A stretch of DNA of 64,000 nt from a virus (lineage: Duplodnaviria; Caudoviricetes). The translations under genes were made by a program, and so were the position numbers. The notes below the pieces were generated by a model. It had not been told where the DNA came from. It saw only the letters and a program-made list of their open reading frames with translations, and did no database searches. Shown here piece by piece: positions 27,687 to 37,240 of this stretch. Within the stretch, counting starts at the first letter, position 1. Every line of letters begins with the position of its first letter. The DNA lies in the IMG/VR virus record IMGVR_UViG_3300031088_000008, positions 256,001-320,000 of that record. The stretch is one strand, 5' to 3'.

Positions 27687-28011
27687 TGGTGTTCTCCGAT
27701 AACACGATAGCTACCACTTCATTGCACCATTTTGCATGTCCTGCAAGGGCGTCATCCCAAGTCGCATACCGCTCCACAACGTCTCTGTACAAGACTTCGG
27801 TTCGCTCACTGGTGATCATGGTTTCAAAATACTTGGGACTTTCATCGTATATTCCAACATTTGATCCCAGGAAAACCGTTGACACATGGACGCCTAGAAT
27901 GGCTTCCGTGCGACCAACTATCCGGGAGTTGTTACCATTCTCAATGATGTGCGTTAGAAAGTTTCCCTTGACTTGCTGGACTTTCTTGTCCTTGTCTAGA
28001 TAGTAGAACAC
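27679..28011 (-). CDS. hypothetical protein of a type common in phages
   Basis: VSTVFLG...FETMI...RYATWDDALAGH. Confidence 0.65.
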   Translation of the reverse strand: MFYYLDKDKKVQQVKGNFLTHIIENGNNSRIVGRTEAILGVHVSTVFLGSNVGIYDESPKYFETMITSERTEVLYRDVVERYATWDDALAGHAKWCNEVVAIVLSENTND

Positions 28012-28013
28012 GA

Positions 28014-28205
28014 TTATTTGTCCAGCTTGATTGTTGTGTGGACCATTCCCCAGATGCCCAGCACGAACAAAACGCCCAAGATGGGCATCAGCGTACTGGT
28101 AGCCCACAGGGGATGCTGCGCGGCATACCACGCAAGACCACAGACACAAGCCGTCAACGCTAGGATGACCAGCGTTACCAAAAAGCTCTTGACCAGGTCT
28201 TTCAC
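28014..28205 (-). CDS. small two-TM protein
   Basis: Hydrophobic helices; GTGA overlap. Confidence 0.65.
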   Translation of the reverse strand: MKDLVKSFLVTLVILALTACVCGLAWYAAQHPLWATSTLMPILGVLFVLGIWGMVHTTIKLDK

Positions 28206-28774
28206 AGTCCCTCAATCAGTTCATGGTAGCGGTCTTCACTGACGCCCAGTCGCTTGAGCCAATGCTCAAAGTAGAACGTGAGTTCCCGGCTGCGCGGATG
28301 GGACACCTGATGGTAGATGATGAAGTCTTTTCGGTTCTGCACCTTGTCGGCGATCAGCATGTTGTTGACTGCTGGGATGGGCGATAGACGAAGAGGCTTC
28401 AGAGGATAGACTTCCTCACGTCCCCAGGAGTTGGGACCAATGCCAATCTGATCACTCAGGAAGTCATTGGCAACATTGCGGTATTCCATCGCATAGGCGG
28501 CGACCATGTTGTCCAGGCGATCAATCTTGGTGAAGTTGGCCCGCAGGTCATCGTCGGCCTGAAACAGTGGATGGACCGCGTAGGCTTCCTTGGTTGTCAG
28601 GTCGGCCTCTAGCCGGTCTAGGATCTCCAGCCCCTCGTGGATGTGATTGATCAGTGGAACCAGGGACCGCCGGGTAGTCCGGTCACCATAGTGTTCCACG
28701 ATCATCTGATAGCCCGAAGTTGTCTCAATCAAAACCCAGTTCCTTTCGACGAGCAGCAGCTTTTTCTTCTTCAC
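28202..28774 (-). CDS. HD-like helical protein
   Basis: PLINHIHEGL...HPLFQAD...MEYR..AN...LIADKVQN. Confidence 0.55.
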   Translation of the reverse strand: MKKKKLLLVERNWVLIETTSGYQMIVEHYGDRTTRRSLVPLINHIHEGLEILDRLEADLTTKEAYAVHPLFQADDDLRANFTKIDRLDNMVAAYAMEYRNVANDFLSDQIGIGPNSWGREEVYPLKPLRLSPIPAVNNMLIADKVQNRKDFIIYHQVSHPRSRELTFYFEHWLKRLGVSEDRYHELIEGL

Positions 28775-29069
28775 GTTCCGCCCAGGGCTTCAAGCCCATT
28801 CGCTCCTGGAATGCTGTCAAGCAAGCGATGCGACGGTCGGGCGTTTTGTCATAGATGTATCGGCGCATGTCAGCTTCCAGGCGCTCCACCGGATTCTCTT
28901 CCACGATGGTGACTTCATCGGGGAGAAGTTCCAGCAAGTTCTCATCACAGTAGAGACGACCATCCATCGTGATGTCGGTGACGGTGGCAAATCGGATCTT
29001 GTCCCCATACTTGTAGGAAACCTCAAGACCAACTGTGATCCACTTTTTGTTTGTATCAAAGACGTCCAT
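28725..29069 (-). CDS. hypothetical protein (SH3-like N-terminus)
   Basis: TAATG coupling to gltX. Confidence 0.65.
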   Translation of the reverse strand: MDVFDTNKKWITVGLEVSYKYGDKIRFATVTDITMDGRLYCDENLLELLPDEVTIVEENPVERLEADMRRYIYDKTPDRRIACLTAFQERMGLKPWAEREEEKAAARRKELGFD

Positions 29070-30349
29070 TACTTGGCATCCCTTATGCGACCCAGAGTCT
29101 GCTCCATTCCTAGGAGGACCATTACATCAAAGATCGGCGGACTGATTGTGCTGCCGGTCAGTGCTGCGCGAAGAACACCGGCGACCACGCCCAGCTTCAA
29201 ACCCATTACGTCTGCGTAGGCCTTGACACGGTGCTCCAGGTGCTCCTTGTCCCAAGGTGTTCCAACCAGCAGCTCATCCAGTTCCTCGAGGATCTTGCCG
29301 TCTAGCTTTTCGCCAGCCTTTTCCTCGATGAAGATGGGTCGCAGGTCCCAGAGAAACTGGGTTCCCTTCGCGAGAGCGTTGAGGTCCGTGGAACGCTCAC
29401 GGAGCGCCGTCATTGCCCCAACAAGTGTGGCATCGTCCCAGTCAATGCCCTGCTCATGCAGAAGCGGTCCAACCCAGTTCCTTGCAAGGATTTCCGGCTC
29501 GGTGTTCCTGATGTAGTGGCCGTTGATGCTGGCCAGCTTTTTCCTGTCCAGACGAGCTGCACCCTTGCCCACGTCCTTGATGTCAAACCACTCAATGGCT
29601 TGCTCCATCGTGAACAGCTCATCGTTGCCATGTCCCCAGCCCAGTCGTGCCAGGTAGTTGACCATTGCGGGTGCCAGGATGCCCATGTCCATCCGGTACT
29701 CGTCAACCGATGCCGCGCCGGTTCGCTTGCTGAGCTTTTTGCCATCCTCGCCGTGAATCAGGGGAATGTGACCATACCGGGGAATGGGCCAGTTCATTGC
29801 CTTGTAGATGCTCAGCTGACGGAAGGCATTGTTCAGATGGTCGTCACCGCGAATCACATGAGTAACACCCATGTCGTGATCATCCACAACCACTGCCAGC
29901 ATGTAGGTTGGCGTGCCATCGCTTCGGAGAATCACAAAGTCATCGATATCCTGGCGCCACGTTACCGTGCCTTGTACCAAGTCCTCGATGGTCTGCTCGC
30001 CCTTGATGCCACGGATTCGGACAGCCCGCTGGCCATCTTCATTGACGTTGTTGGGATCATAATAGGCCATGCCCTGGTCGATCAGCTGATTGGCTACCTC
30101 GACGTGACGGGCGGCATTCCTGCTCTGCAGCACGATATCCTCGTCGGGATCCAGCCCCAGCCAGGCCAGCCCGGTGAAGATTGCCTCGATGGCATCGGGA
30201 GTGTTTCGTTCCTTGTCGGTGTCCTCGATGCGGATCAGGAACTTTCCACCCATATGCCGAGCATAGAGCCAGTTGAAGAGTGCCGTACGGGCTCCTCCAA
30301 TATGAAGGTAGCCCGTTGGACTTGGCGCAAAGCGTGTCACTACTGTCAT
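29069..30349 (-). CDS. gltX: glutamate--tRNA ligase
   Basis: TRFAPSPTGYLHIGG, RIEDTD, VVVDDHDMGVTHVIRGDDH, KKLSKR, LRAALTG anticodon domain. Confidence 0.96.
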   Translation of the reverse strand: MTVVTRFAPSPTGYLHIGGARTALFNWLYARHMGGKFLIRIEDTDKERNTPDAIEAIFTGLAWLGLDPDEDIVLQSRNAARHVEVANQLIDQGMAYYDPNNVNEDGQRAVRIRGIKGEQTIEDLVQGTVTWRQDIDDFVILRSDGTPTYMLAVVVDDHDMGVTHVIRGDDHLNNAFRQLSIYKAMNWPIPRYGHIPLIHGEDGKKLSKRTGAASVDEYRMDMGILAPAMVNYLARLGWGHGNDELFTMEQAIEWFDIKDVGKGAARLDRKKLASINGHYIRNTEPEILARNWVGPLLHEQGIDWDDATLVGAMTALRERSTDLNALAKGTQFLWDLRPIFIEEKAGEKLDGKILEELDELLVGTPWDKEHLEHRVKAYADVMGLKLGVVAGVLRAALTGSTISPPIFDVMVLLGMEQTLGRIRDAK

Positions 30350-30388
30350 AGTCCAGTAGTTGCACCAAAGTGCCTGCCTGTCTAGCCT

Positions 30389-30622
30389 TTAGTTGGGTGC
30401 TGCCGTGTAGAGAAAGATGATCACCAGCAGCAGGTAGCCAACAACAAAGATCAGGAACTCACGGTTCTCAATCTTCTTGTACTCCTCGGGATGAAGGGCA
30501 CTTCGACCACCCAACGCCCATGCTTTGTAAATCTGACTGACGATTGCTGGCAAGAGGGTGACGAAGAGAACAAAGGCTCCAAAGAGAAGATGCTCCAGTA
30601 CCCAGATGGTCTTGTTGATCAT
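30389..30622 (-). CDS. small two-TM protein
   Basis: ATGA overlap; hydrophobic. Confidence 0.6.
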   Translation of the reverse strand: MINKTIWVLEHLLFGAFVLFVTLLPAIVSQIYKAWALGGRSALHPEEYKKIENREFLIFVVGYLLLVIIFLYTAAPN

Positions 30623-31008
30623 TCCTCGGGAAGCCTCTTGCTCTTGCCGTTCTCGTCGATGTGGACGAAAACGTACATGGCTTCGCAGACCTTGGTGGCC
30701 ACTCCGGTGCAGCCCGCAAGTGCATAGGTGCAGACCATGCAGTGCATCGAGGAACGACCAGTTTGTTTGATGTCCGCGTAGATGACAACCTCGTCGCCAA
30801 CCTTCACGGGAGCCATGAATTTGAATCCCTCAACGGCTACCGTTACAGTCCGGCCACCAGCGCGACGCTTGGTAACCGCTGCGGCCGCGAGATCCATCTG
30901 GCTCATCAACCATCCACCAAAGATGTCACCATCGGGATTGGTGTCGCCGGGCATGGCCGTCAGGATACGGACTGGTCGCCGCTCTGCGTTGTTGATTGGA
31001 TCGCTCAC
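30619..31008 (-). CDS. yciA: acyl-CoA thioesterase (hotdog fold, YciA-like)
   Basis: AMPGDTNPDGDIFGGWLMSQMDLAA, TVTVAV..F.F..PVKVGD, GRSSM. Confidence 0.9.
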   Translation of the reverse strand: MSDPINNAERRPVRILTAMPGDTNPDGDIFGGWLMSQMDLAAAAVTKRRAGGRTVTVAVEGFKFMAPVKVGDEVVIYADIKQTGRSSMHCMVCTYALAGCTGVATKVCEAMYVFVHIDENGKSKRLPEE

Positions 31009-31012
31009 TGGG

Positions 31013-31219
31013 TTACCTCGTGTTGTTTCGATCTTCCAACAGGTGCTTGATATCCATCAAGTAGCCCAGGATGATCATTAGAAACCCCATGATCATCCGC
31101 CCCTGGACATAGTTGGGCTGAACATCATCTGTCAGTAACCAAATAGCCATGAGGGCAACCACTATGGTACCCACGACCTTGAGGCTCTGACTGATTGTTT
31201 CTGATGTGGAGCGCTTCAT
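31013..31219 (-). CDS. small two-TM protein
   Basis: Hydrophobic helices. Confidence 0.6.
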   Translation of the reverse strand: MKRSTSETISQSLKVVGTIVVALMAIWLLTDDVQPNYVQGRMIMGFLMIILGYLMDIKHLLEDRNNTR

Positions 31220-31401
31220 GGAACCATCCTGTACTTGCGGCTACCGGTCATGAACACCGGAAGGTTGGCCTCATAATCCCAGCCGCAACACCAGTGACCA
31301 TCATCGCCGCGCTCTGGGCAATTACTGCGGGACAGGTCATCATTCTCTGGCTCGCGACCAACCGCAGCGCGAAATCGCGCCGCAGTGATCTCCTCGGCCA
31401 T
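31216..31401 (-). CDS. small Cys-containing hypothetical protein
   Basis: DDLSRSNC...GH..CGW. Confidence 0.65.
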   Translation of the reverse strand: MAEEITAARFRAAVGREPENDDLSRSNCPERGDDGHWCCGWDYEANLPVFMTGSRKYRMVP

Positions 31402-31764
31402 TTAGACTTCCTCGCCGAAGACCGTGCCGGCCAGACGCGCGAACGTCAGCTGGTTCTTGAAGCTCTTCGTGAAGCCCGCATAGCAAGCCTCGATGCCCGG
31501 ATAGTCGCCATCGTCGGTCTTCTGCAGATCGACTTCCTTGTAGCCCTTCCGCTTCTTCTCACTGGCCTTGGAGCTCGCATCATAGGCGCCCCAGACACCC
31601 GGCCACCGCTTGAAGGTCAGCTTCTTCTTGCCATCGAGATCGGCGCGACGACCCCAGAAGTTGTAGATCTTGCCGGCCACTTCCACGTAGCCCCAGATCT
31701 TGTCCGAGTTCTTGGCCTCGTCCTTGAACCACAGAAACTGTTTGATATCGAACTCAGTGCTCAT
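31402..31764 (-). CDS. WGR-domain-like protein
   Basis: SDKIWG...FWGRR...KKRKGY; AGGAGATCGA RBS. Confidence 0.7.
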   Translation of the reverse strand: MSTEFDIKQFLWFKDEAKNSDKIWGYVEVAGKIYNFWGRRADLDGKKKLTFKRWPGVWGAYDASSKASEKKRKGYKEVDLQKTDDGDYPGIEACYAGFTKSFKNQLTFARLAGTVFGEEV

Positions 31765-31814
31765 GTCGATCTCCTTTGTTTCAACGTAGTGCCAGGATCC
31801 GGCCAGTCAACCAA

Positions 31815-32150
31815 TTATTCGGCGATCGCAGCCTGACGAGCTGCCTCGAAAATATCGTGCTCAATCACACGACCAAACTCCGCGTAACGCTTGGCAGCCC
31901 AGTAGACACGGCAACGCATCCACCAGGAGAGATCCAAGTAGGTGCCATTGTACTTGAGACCCTCGTCCTCTCGATAAACCAGTTCGTCATAGGATGCCGT
32001 TATCTTGTGGAACTGCATCCCATCATAGCTGTTGTACCAGTTGAAGCTGCCGTCCCATCCACCAGGAATCTGGTACTCAACGGGGTTGGGTGGATCGCTG
32101 TTCCTGATAAACTTGAGGGCCAGTTCCTTGTCGCGGGCGGTCATCACCAT
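31815..32150 (-). CDS. hypothetical protein
   Basis: Operon position. Confidence 0.65.
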   Translation of the reverse strand: MVMTARDKELALKFIRNSDPPNPVEYQIPGGWDGSFNWYNSYDGMQFHKITASYDELVYREDEGLKYNGTYLDLSWWMRCRVYWAAKRYAEFGRVIEHDIFEAARQAAIAE

Positions 32151-32153
32151 CGC

Positions 32154-32390
32154 TTATCCCCATTTCAATTTGGCGTAGATTGCTTCGTCACGCTGGTCTT
32201 CGTAGAGAACAATGGTCCCCTTCCGCGAGGTCATCATTCGATCCTTGGAGATCGCAATGTCCGTTTGCGTCCACTTGGTATTGGGCAGTCCTGTCAAGAA
32301 CTCAAAGAGCTCCTCAATTTCCCAACGGTCCAGTGATCTTGTCTCTATCCTGTGAAAACCAGGCGTTTCAGCTACTGGCCTTTCAGTCAC
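32154..32390 (-). CDS. DAxxFKL-family small protein
   Basis: ends LYEDQRDEAIYAKLKWG. Confidence 0.65.
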   Translation of the reverse strand: MTERPVAETPGFHRIETRSLDRWEIEELFEFLTGLPNTKWTQTDIAISKDRMMTSRKGTIVLYEDQRDEAIYAKLKWG

Positions 32391-32766
32391 TGGACTTCTT
32401 TCGCTTGCTGGGTTCCACAAAGGGCTCGGGCTCGCCAGCTTCACGGATTGCCTTCAATCGGGCGTGATTGGCAACGTTGGCCTCCGGCAGCAGGAAACCA
32501 TAACGACGGGCAGCCTTGATAGCCGCGCCAAAGTTAAAATAGACGATACCTTCGACCGAGGAACCATCCGGCCAGCGTAAGCCCGCCGACCAGTAGCCAC
32601 GGGTTGCCTCGTCCACTTCCACGCTTTGTGGACTGATCCCGTGAGGATCCTCCCGGTACATCCTCGAGCAATACTGGCTCCAGCTTTCTGGCTCCTTTGG
32701 GGACCCAGGGTCGCTCTTCATAGGCTTGTCCGGTGTGTCTTGCATACCATTTCCTATGCTTGCCAT
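32383..32766 (-). CDS. hypothetical protein (start uncertain)
   Basis: TTGACA-type promoter at ~32779; overlaps the 3' part of the upstream ORF. Confidence 0.5.
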   Translation of the reverse strand: MASIGNGMQDTPDKPMKSDPGSPKEPESWSQYCSRMYREDPHGISPQSVEVDEATRGYWSAGLRWPDGSSVEGIVYFNFGAAIKAARRYGFLLPEANVANHARLKAIREAGEPEPFVEPSKRKKSSD

Positions 32767-33124
32767 TGACTTCTGTCAAGCCCAGATACTTTCGGGCACG
32801 TGGCGAACCGTCTATGGCACTGCGGAGCATCTCCAGGGGCATCACGCTGATAAAACATTTGGTCTTGCTGTCGTGGAGCGCAAAGATCTGTCCCGCACTT
32901 GTGTGAAGTATCCACCAGCTTTTGGTCAAGCTGTTCCTGCTAACATAGCCGGCACCATTTTGCATCTGATGGCCTAGAAGCTTCCACTCCTCGTAGGGAA
33001 TCTGTAGCTCATAGCGTTCCTGGAGTCGCTCACGAAAGTGGCGCCATCCACCCTTTGTGGTGTAGTTTCTGCTCACAGTGATTCCAAAAGTGACACTCTG
33101 GACATTATAGTGTAAACTGAACAC
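32534..33124 (-). CDS. hypothetical protein (start likely ~33076)
   Basis: HFRERLQERY helix motif. Confidence 0.55.
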   Translation of the reverse strand: MFSLHYNVQSVTFGITVSRNYTTKGGWRHFRERLQERYELQIPYEEWKLLGHQMQNGAGYVSRNSLTKSWWILHTSAGQIFALHDSKTKCFISVMPLEMLRSAIDGSPRARKYLGLTEVNGKHRKWYARHTGQAYEERPWVPKGARKLEPVLLEDVPGGSSRDQSTKRGSGRGNPWLLVGGLTLAGWFLGRRYRLF

Positions 33125-33661
33125 ATGTCAAACTGGGAATACATCTTGTTCGATCTGGAGTGCGATGGCTTCAAGCCCAAGCGTATCTGGTGCATCTGCA
33201 TGATCGACTTGATCACCTATGAGCGCGAGAGCTTTGTGGGTCCGGAACGCATTGCAGTGGCTATCATGCGTTTGCAAGCCGCAAAATTGCTGGTTGGTCA
33301 CAATATCAAGAGCTTTGACATCAGGGTAATTGAAAAGATCATGGAGGGCACGGTAACGTTTGATCGCGAGCGAGTCCTGGACACCCTGTATTTGAGCAAA
33401 GCACTGACCAAGATGAGCGATCACAAGCTGGACAGTTGGGGTGAAATACTTGGACTTCCCAAGCTCAACACTCCCTTTAGTTTCTACCGCTTTGATCCCC
33501 GGATGGTTCCCTACTGTGAGCGAGATGTGGACTTGAACCTGCAAGTCTTCCTAGCACTGTGGGCACTGATGGAAGCCCGTCACGGCGACACGCTTCCACC
33601 CAAGTGGACCATGCTTACTGAGTACCGTCAGGCCCTTCAGCCACCTCTTTTAGAGGGCTAA
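33125..33661 (+). CDS. stand-alone DnaQ-like 3'-5' exonuclease (T7 PolA exo-domain-like)
   Basis: FDLECDG (ExoI), GHNIKSFD (ExoII), DTL.LS, HKLDSWG..LG..K, YCERDV (ExoIII). Confidence 0.88.
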   Translation: MSNWEYILFDLECDGFKPKRIWCICMIDLITYERESFVGPERIAVAIMRLQAAKLLVGHNIKSFDIRVIEKIMEGTVTFDRERVLDTLYLSKALTKMSDHKLDSWGEILGLPKLNTPFSFYRFDPRMVPYCERDVDLNLQVFLALWALMEARHGDTLPPKWTMLTEYRQALQPPLLEG

Positions 33662-34023
33662 TTCTTCGCTGACTTGTAGCTTTCGCAGGAGACTTGCGCG
33701 AAGTCTCCCAAGTCCTCGACCCGCGCATCCCTCCACTTGTTGGAATCAGGGTCATCGCAGACCTGCATTACCAGCCAGAGATTTCGCCAGACGCCTGTCT
33801 TGTGAGCCCGGTAGCGGATTGAGCTCTGCGGACCCCTGGGATCTATTCCCTTGGTGGCTGTCAAGTCCGAAAGACCAGCTGATTCCCAAGTTGTTGGGCG
33901 TCGGCCGTTGTCATAATAGGACTCGTCCACGAACTCAACCTGCAGGCCAACCAGCGGTCGACGAAACCACCTGGACACCATGCACAGGCGAGTTTTGCCG
34001 GTACGTACCCACTTGGCGCTCAT
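33658..34023 (-). CDS. WRDA-repeat protein
   Basis: Two internal units ending WESAGLSDL and WRDARVEDL. Confidence 0.7.
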   Translation of the reverse strand: MSAKWVRTGKTRLCMVSRWFRRPLVGLQVEFVDESYYDNGRRPTTWESAGLSDLTATKGIDPRGPQSSIRYRAHKTGVWRNLWLVMQVCDDPDSNKWRDARVEDLGDFAQVSCESYKSAKN

Positions 34024-34469
34024 CGTGCAACCAGCCCAATGCCACCCAGGATCTTGCCATCCTTGAACAGCAGATCCTGCATCTTGGCGTCCACCCAGCT
34101 GGGGCTTCCTACACTTCCCTGCATGATCTGAAGGATCAGCCGCTCAGTGCCAAACCAGCTCTTGAAGGGACGGAAACACACCGGCATCTCGCCACCATCG
34201 CGGATGATGTTCAGCTTGGTGATATCCATGACCGAGAGGTCTTCCAGCTTGGCATCGCGCCATGCAGTGCCCTCGATGGGCCGCCAGTAGGTTCCCCCAC
34301 GATTGCTTTTCTGCTCCTCGTGGTTTTCCTCGATCTGGAGGATGAGGAGTGGTTCGCGACTTCCCCGGTGCTGGAGACGGAAACGAACCTGTCCCGTTGT
34401 CAGCGCACGGCGGCGAGGGTTCTCGCTGTAATAGCGATAGTCCGGGTTCTCGGGTGGTTTGCTGGCCAT
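34020..34469 (-). CDS. WRDA-repeat protein
   Basis: Units ending WRDAKLEDL and WVDAKMQDL. Confidence 0.7.
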   Translation of the reverse strand: MASKPPENPDYRYYSENPRRRALTTGQVRFRLQHRGSREPLLILQIEENHEEQKSNRGGTYWRPIEGTAWRDAKLEDLSVMDITKLNIIRDGGEMPVCFRPFKSWFGTERLILQIMQGSVGSPSWVDAKMQDLLFKDGKILGGIGLVAR

Positions 34470-35062
34470 TAGGGAATGATCTCCACAAAGGCCCGTTTCT
34501 TTTTGGGGCCGAGTTCATGTCGGCCAAGCTCAAGAGGCTTATCCCAGCCATTCTTTTTTGCTTGACTGACGCTGGAAAAGAACTTCAAGTCCACCATCAG
34601 GTGGGCCATCAGCGGCTTGTTCTGCGCTTCCATGTCCTGAATGCTGACCTGGATTGCTTTCTGCAATGGAACCGTACCCGTTGGGTCTAGGTCCCACCAC
34701 TCCTTGAGTAGCCCCTCTTGCATTGCTGCGCGGTGCTTGAAATCCAGGGCGGCCAGCATGGTCTGACGGGTGTGGGGCTCGCGCCCATTCCACCCCCAGA
34801 AGCCGATATCATCGTCTCGAACCACAGTCCACGTTCTATCAGCGAACTTGAACGTTCCACGAACCGGCCAGGAGTTGTCATCCTCTTCTGGACCATCGAG
34901 ACCCGGGTCGGGAATATGCAGCCCATGCTCCTCTGGAATCTCGATCTCCTCATGGGAGACCAAGAAACCACAGAACCAAACTTGCTTGATCTCGGTTCGC
35001 ACCGTCTCAAACAAATGGAAGCCTGGGCTGATATGCTGGCCTAGATGGGAAGTAACTTTCAT
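34469..35062 (-). CDS. hypothetical protein with S4-like C-terminal motif
   Basis: LMVDLKFFSSVSQAKKNGW resembles the TyrRS/S4 helix motif. Confidence 0.55.
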   Translation of the reverse strand: MKVTSHLGQHISPGFHLFETVRTEIKQVWFCGFLVSHEEIEIPEEHGLHIPDPGLDGPEEDDNSWPVRGTFKFADRTWTVVRDDDIGFWGWNGREPHTRQTMLAALDFKHRAAMQEGLLKEWWDLDPTGTVPLQKAIQVSIQDMEAQNKPLMAHLMVDLKFFSSVSQAKKNGWDKPLELGRHELGPKKKRAFVEIIP

Positions 35063-35101
35063 AACCAGTTCCTATGCCCAGACTGGCTGATCGTCAACCG
35101 C

Positions 35102-35482
35102 TTAGTCGTCGGGCTGGTTCATCAGATTCAGAAGATGAAGGCGCTGCTCATCAGTCAGAGAACCTGTGAGCAACTGACGATTCAGATGATCCCAGATATC
35201 CCGCTGAACCGCCACAGTGCCTGCGATAAAGCGACCACCCTCGTCCACGATGGTGCGCCACCACAGAAGATCAGTGACAGTGAGCTCGATCAGATAATCG
35301 CGCTTTTGCCCATGGTGCATCGTGGGGGCGGTTACCTTGCCGAACTCACGTGCCAGATCATCGGGGAGGATCTTGACCAGATCCTGGAAGAATGCGAGGA
35401 ATTCCTCGTGAAGCTGAGTTTGGCGCTTTCGCTCACCAGTGATAAATCCGATCAGTGCTTCAAAGGCTGCAAAATTGATCAT
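35102..35482 (-). CDS. hypothetical protein
   Basis: AGGAG RBS. Confidence 0.65.
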   Translation of the reverse strand: MINFAAFEALIGFITGERKRQTQLHEEFLAFFQDLVKILPDDLAREFGKVTAPTMHHGQKRDYLIELTVTDLLWWRTIVDEGGRFIAGTVAVQRDIWDHLNRQLLTGSLTDEQRLHLLNLMNQPDD

Positions 35483-35526
35483 GCTGTTCTCCTATGGGCA
35501 CACCATAGTTTGTGGAGATCAGCAGT

Positions 35527-35835
35527 TCAACACTCAAGTGCGCGGCTGATAGCCTTTTTGCCTGCCTCACGGCGCTTACGGCGAACCTCGCGGGTGTTGT
35601 TCTTAAAGTAGGTCCAGTCGTGGCCGTTGAGCTTGAACCCGCCATCGTTGTCGATGTTGGCGTCCTGGCACTTGTCCATCTTGATGGCGCCATCCTGTCC
35701 ACGAAGGATGGCGAGATCGTGGCGACCATACCGGCTGTTGAGGGGACGCCATGCCTGCACAGTGGTGTCATTGTGGCGATTGCGACGGATTGCCCGGATC
35801 AGTCCAGGATCGCGCTGCCTATAAGTCCGTGCCAT
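35527..35835 (-). CDS. basic hypothetical protein
   Basis: Promoter cassette 35851-35890; MARTYR start. Confidence 0.7.
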   Translation of the reverse strand: MARTYRQRDPGLIRAIRRNRHNDTTVQAWRPLNSRYGRHDLAILRGQDGAIKMDKCQDANIDNDGGFKLNGHDWTYFKNNTREVRRKRREAGKKAISRALEC

Positions 35836-35884
35836 GCTGTTTCTCCCTCTTGTCCAGTCCTAGTTAGCAGAACTGGACAGGGTG

Positions 35885-36424
35885 TCAACCAGTTATTCCA
35901 GATAATCTATCCAGCTTTTCCAATATGGGACGAAGCTTCTCTTGTGACATTGGCTCTTCGGTTCCCAGTGGACGAAGGCTCAACCGGGTCCGCTGGTAGT
36001 CCTGAGTTACCTCGTAGAACTCCCGACCCTGACTTAACTGCATGGCCCGACTTGCCTCGTTGTTGAGGTGAAAGCCGCCACGTAGCCAATCATAGGAGTC
36101 TTCCAGCCTCCACTCATCAACCATCAGGTTGACCAGATCGCTGTAGAGGCCGGTCCGGCGCCAGCTGGGGCGCGTATAGGCACCCGCGACGTAGACGTTC
36201 TTACCCACACTGTCAGCATCATGGGCCAGCTTTAGCGGCGCAAACATGATCATCGTGATGGGTTCATCATTGTAGGAAAGATGGGCCTGATGGATGTGCT
36301 CGCTGTCAGGCCATGTGCTGGGCATTTTGCGACGGATCATCTCCTCACGATAAAGACGCACGAAGTTCTTTATCTCTGGGAAGTTGTAGATCTGTCCGCA
36401 GCCGAAGCCAATTGTGGTGCTCAT
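35885..36424 (-). CDS. GNAT family acetyltransferase
   Basis: AYTRPSWRRTGLY (motif A), NEAS (motif B). Confidence 0.75.
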   Translation of the reverse strand: MSTTIGFGCGQIYNFPEIKNFVRLYREEMIRRKMPSTWPDSEHIHQAHLSYNDEPITMIMFAPLKLAHDADSVGKNVYVAGAYTRPSWRRTGLYSDLVNLMVDEWRLEDSYDWLRGGFHLNNEASRAMQLSQGREFYEVTQDYQRTRLSLRPLGTEEPMSQEKLRPILEKLDRLSGITG

Positions 36425-36625
36425 ATGCCAGCTCTAAACACAGAGCACCACCGTGTCAACGGATATTCTTAAGCTGTTCAACCAGTGCATCGAGGACCGA
36501 ATTGGGAGTCTGCACACCCTTGGCGATCTGCTTGTTGGTCTTGACGAAAGCGTTGAGATTCTGCATGTTGCCGCTCCTTGCTGTCTGTTATAATAGTAGA
36601 ACACACAGACAACCAGGAAGTTGCA

Positions 36626-36844
36626 TCAGCGAGAGCGATCTTCGGGATCCTGTCCGCTTTTTACGCGATTGTACTGATTGATAGTGATCACAGCCAGGAG
36701 CAGGATGGCAAATGGCAAGAGGATCAGGGTCATGCCTCGGGGCAAGAATGCAAGAAGCAGGGTGTTCAGACAGCTTCCCAGCATGACCAATCGCATCTCA
36801 CGCTGGCTCAGCGTTCCAAACAAGCCATCTTTGGGAATCTTCAT
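36626..36844 (-). CDS. small membrane protein
   Basis: ATGA overlap with pth2; two TM. Confidence 0.6.
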   Translation of the reverse strand: MKIPKDGLFGTLSQREMRLVMLGSCLNTLLLAFLPRGMTLILLPFAILLLAVITINQYNRVKSGQDPEDRSR

Positions 36845-37209
36845 ATCCACACCTTCAAAGCTGCCAACACCGGATCGCGATCGCTCACACGAATGGGACC
36901 AATCCCAACCGCAGTGATCATTGGCCTGGGAAAGACCGTGAGGCCTGCATCCTTTACCAAAAAGACACCGCACTTGTTCTTGTAGAGAACCGAGAGGGCA
37001 TGGAGATCCGCCTCGTCGGCCTTTAGGCAAACCTTGCCCACCGTGCCGCTTGCTAGATAAGCCTGAGCATCCGCGGGAAAGCGCATCAGGGAGTCCATCA
37101 TGCTGTGGACGAATGCGTGACCAATTTGGGCACCCATCTTTCCGCGGTTGCCCCCACTGGCCTTGACGGCCTCATTGCTCACAATGGCGTACATTTTCAT
37201 ATCGGTCAT
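36841..37209 (-). CDS. pth2: peptidyl-tRNA hydrolase, Pth2 type
   Basis: GKMGAQIGHA, KVCLK, VKDAGLT, TAVGIGP. Confidence 0.92.
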   Translation of the reverse strand: MTDMKMYAIVSNEAVKASGGNRGKMGAQIGHAFVHSMMDSLMRFPADAQAYLASGTVGKVCLKADEADLHALSVLYKNKCGVFLVKDAGLTVFPRPMITAVGIGPIRVSDRDPVLAALKVWI

Positions 37210-37240
37210 CCCGCCCTAGTAGCGAAGAGGACCCTTTATG

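Noticed and set aside
33125-33661. DNA polymerase pseudogene or split polA
   Set aside because: The exonuclease ORF is intact with its own promoter and no polymerase domain is adjacent; treated as stand-alone
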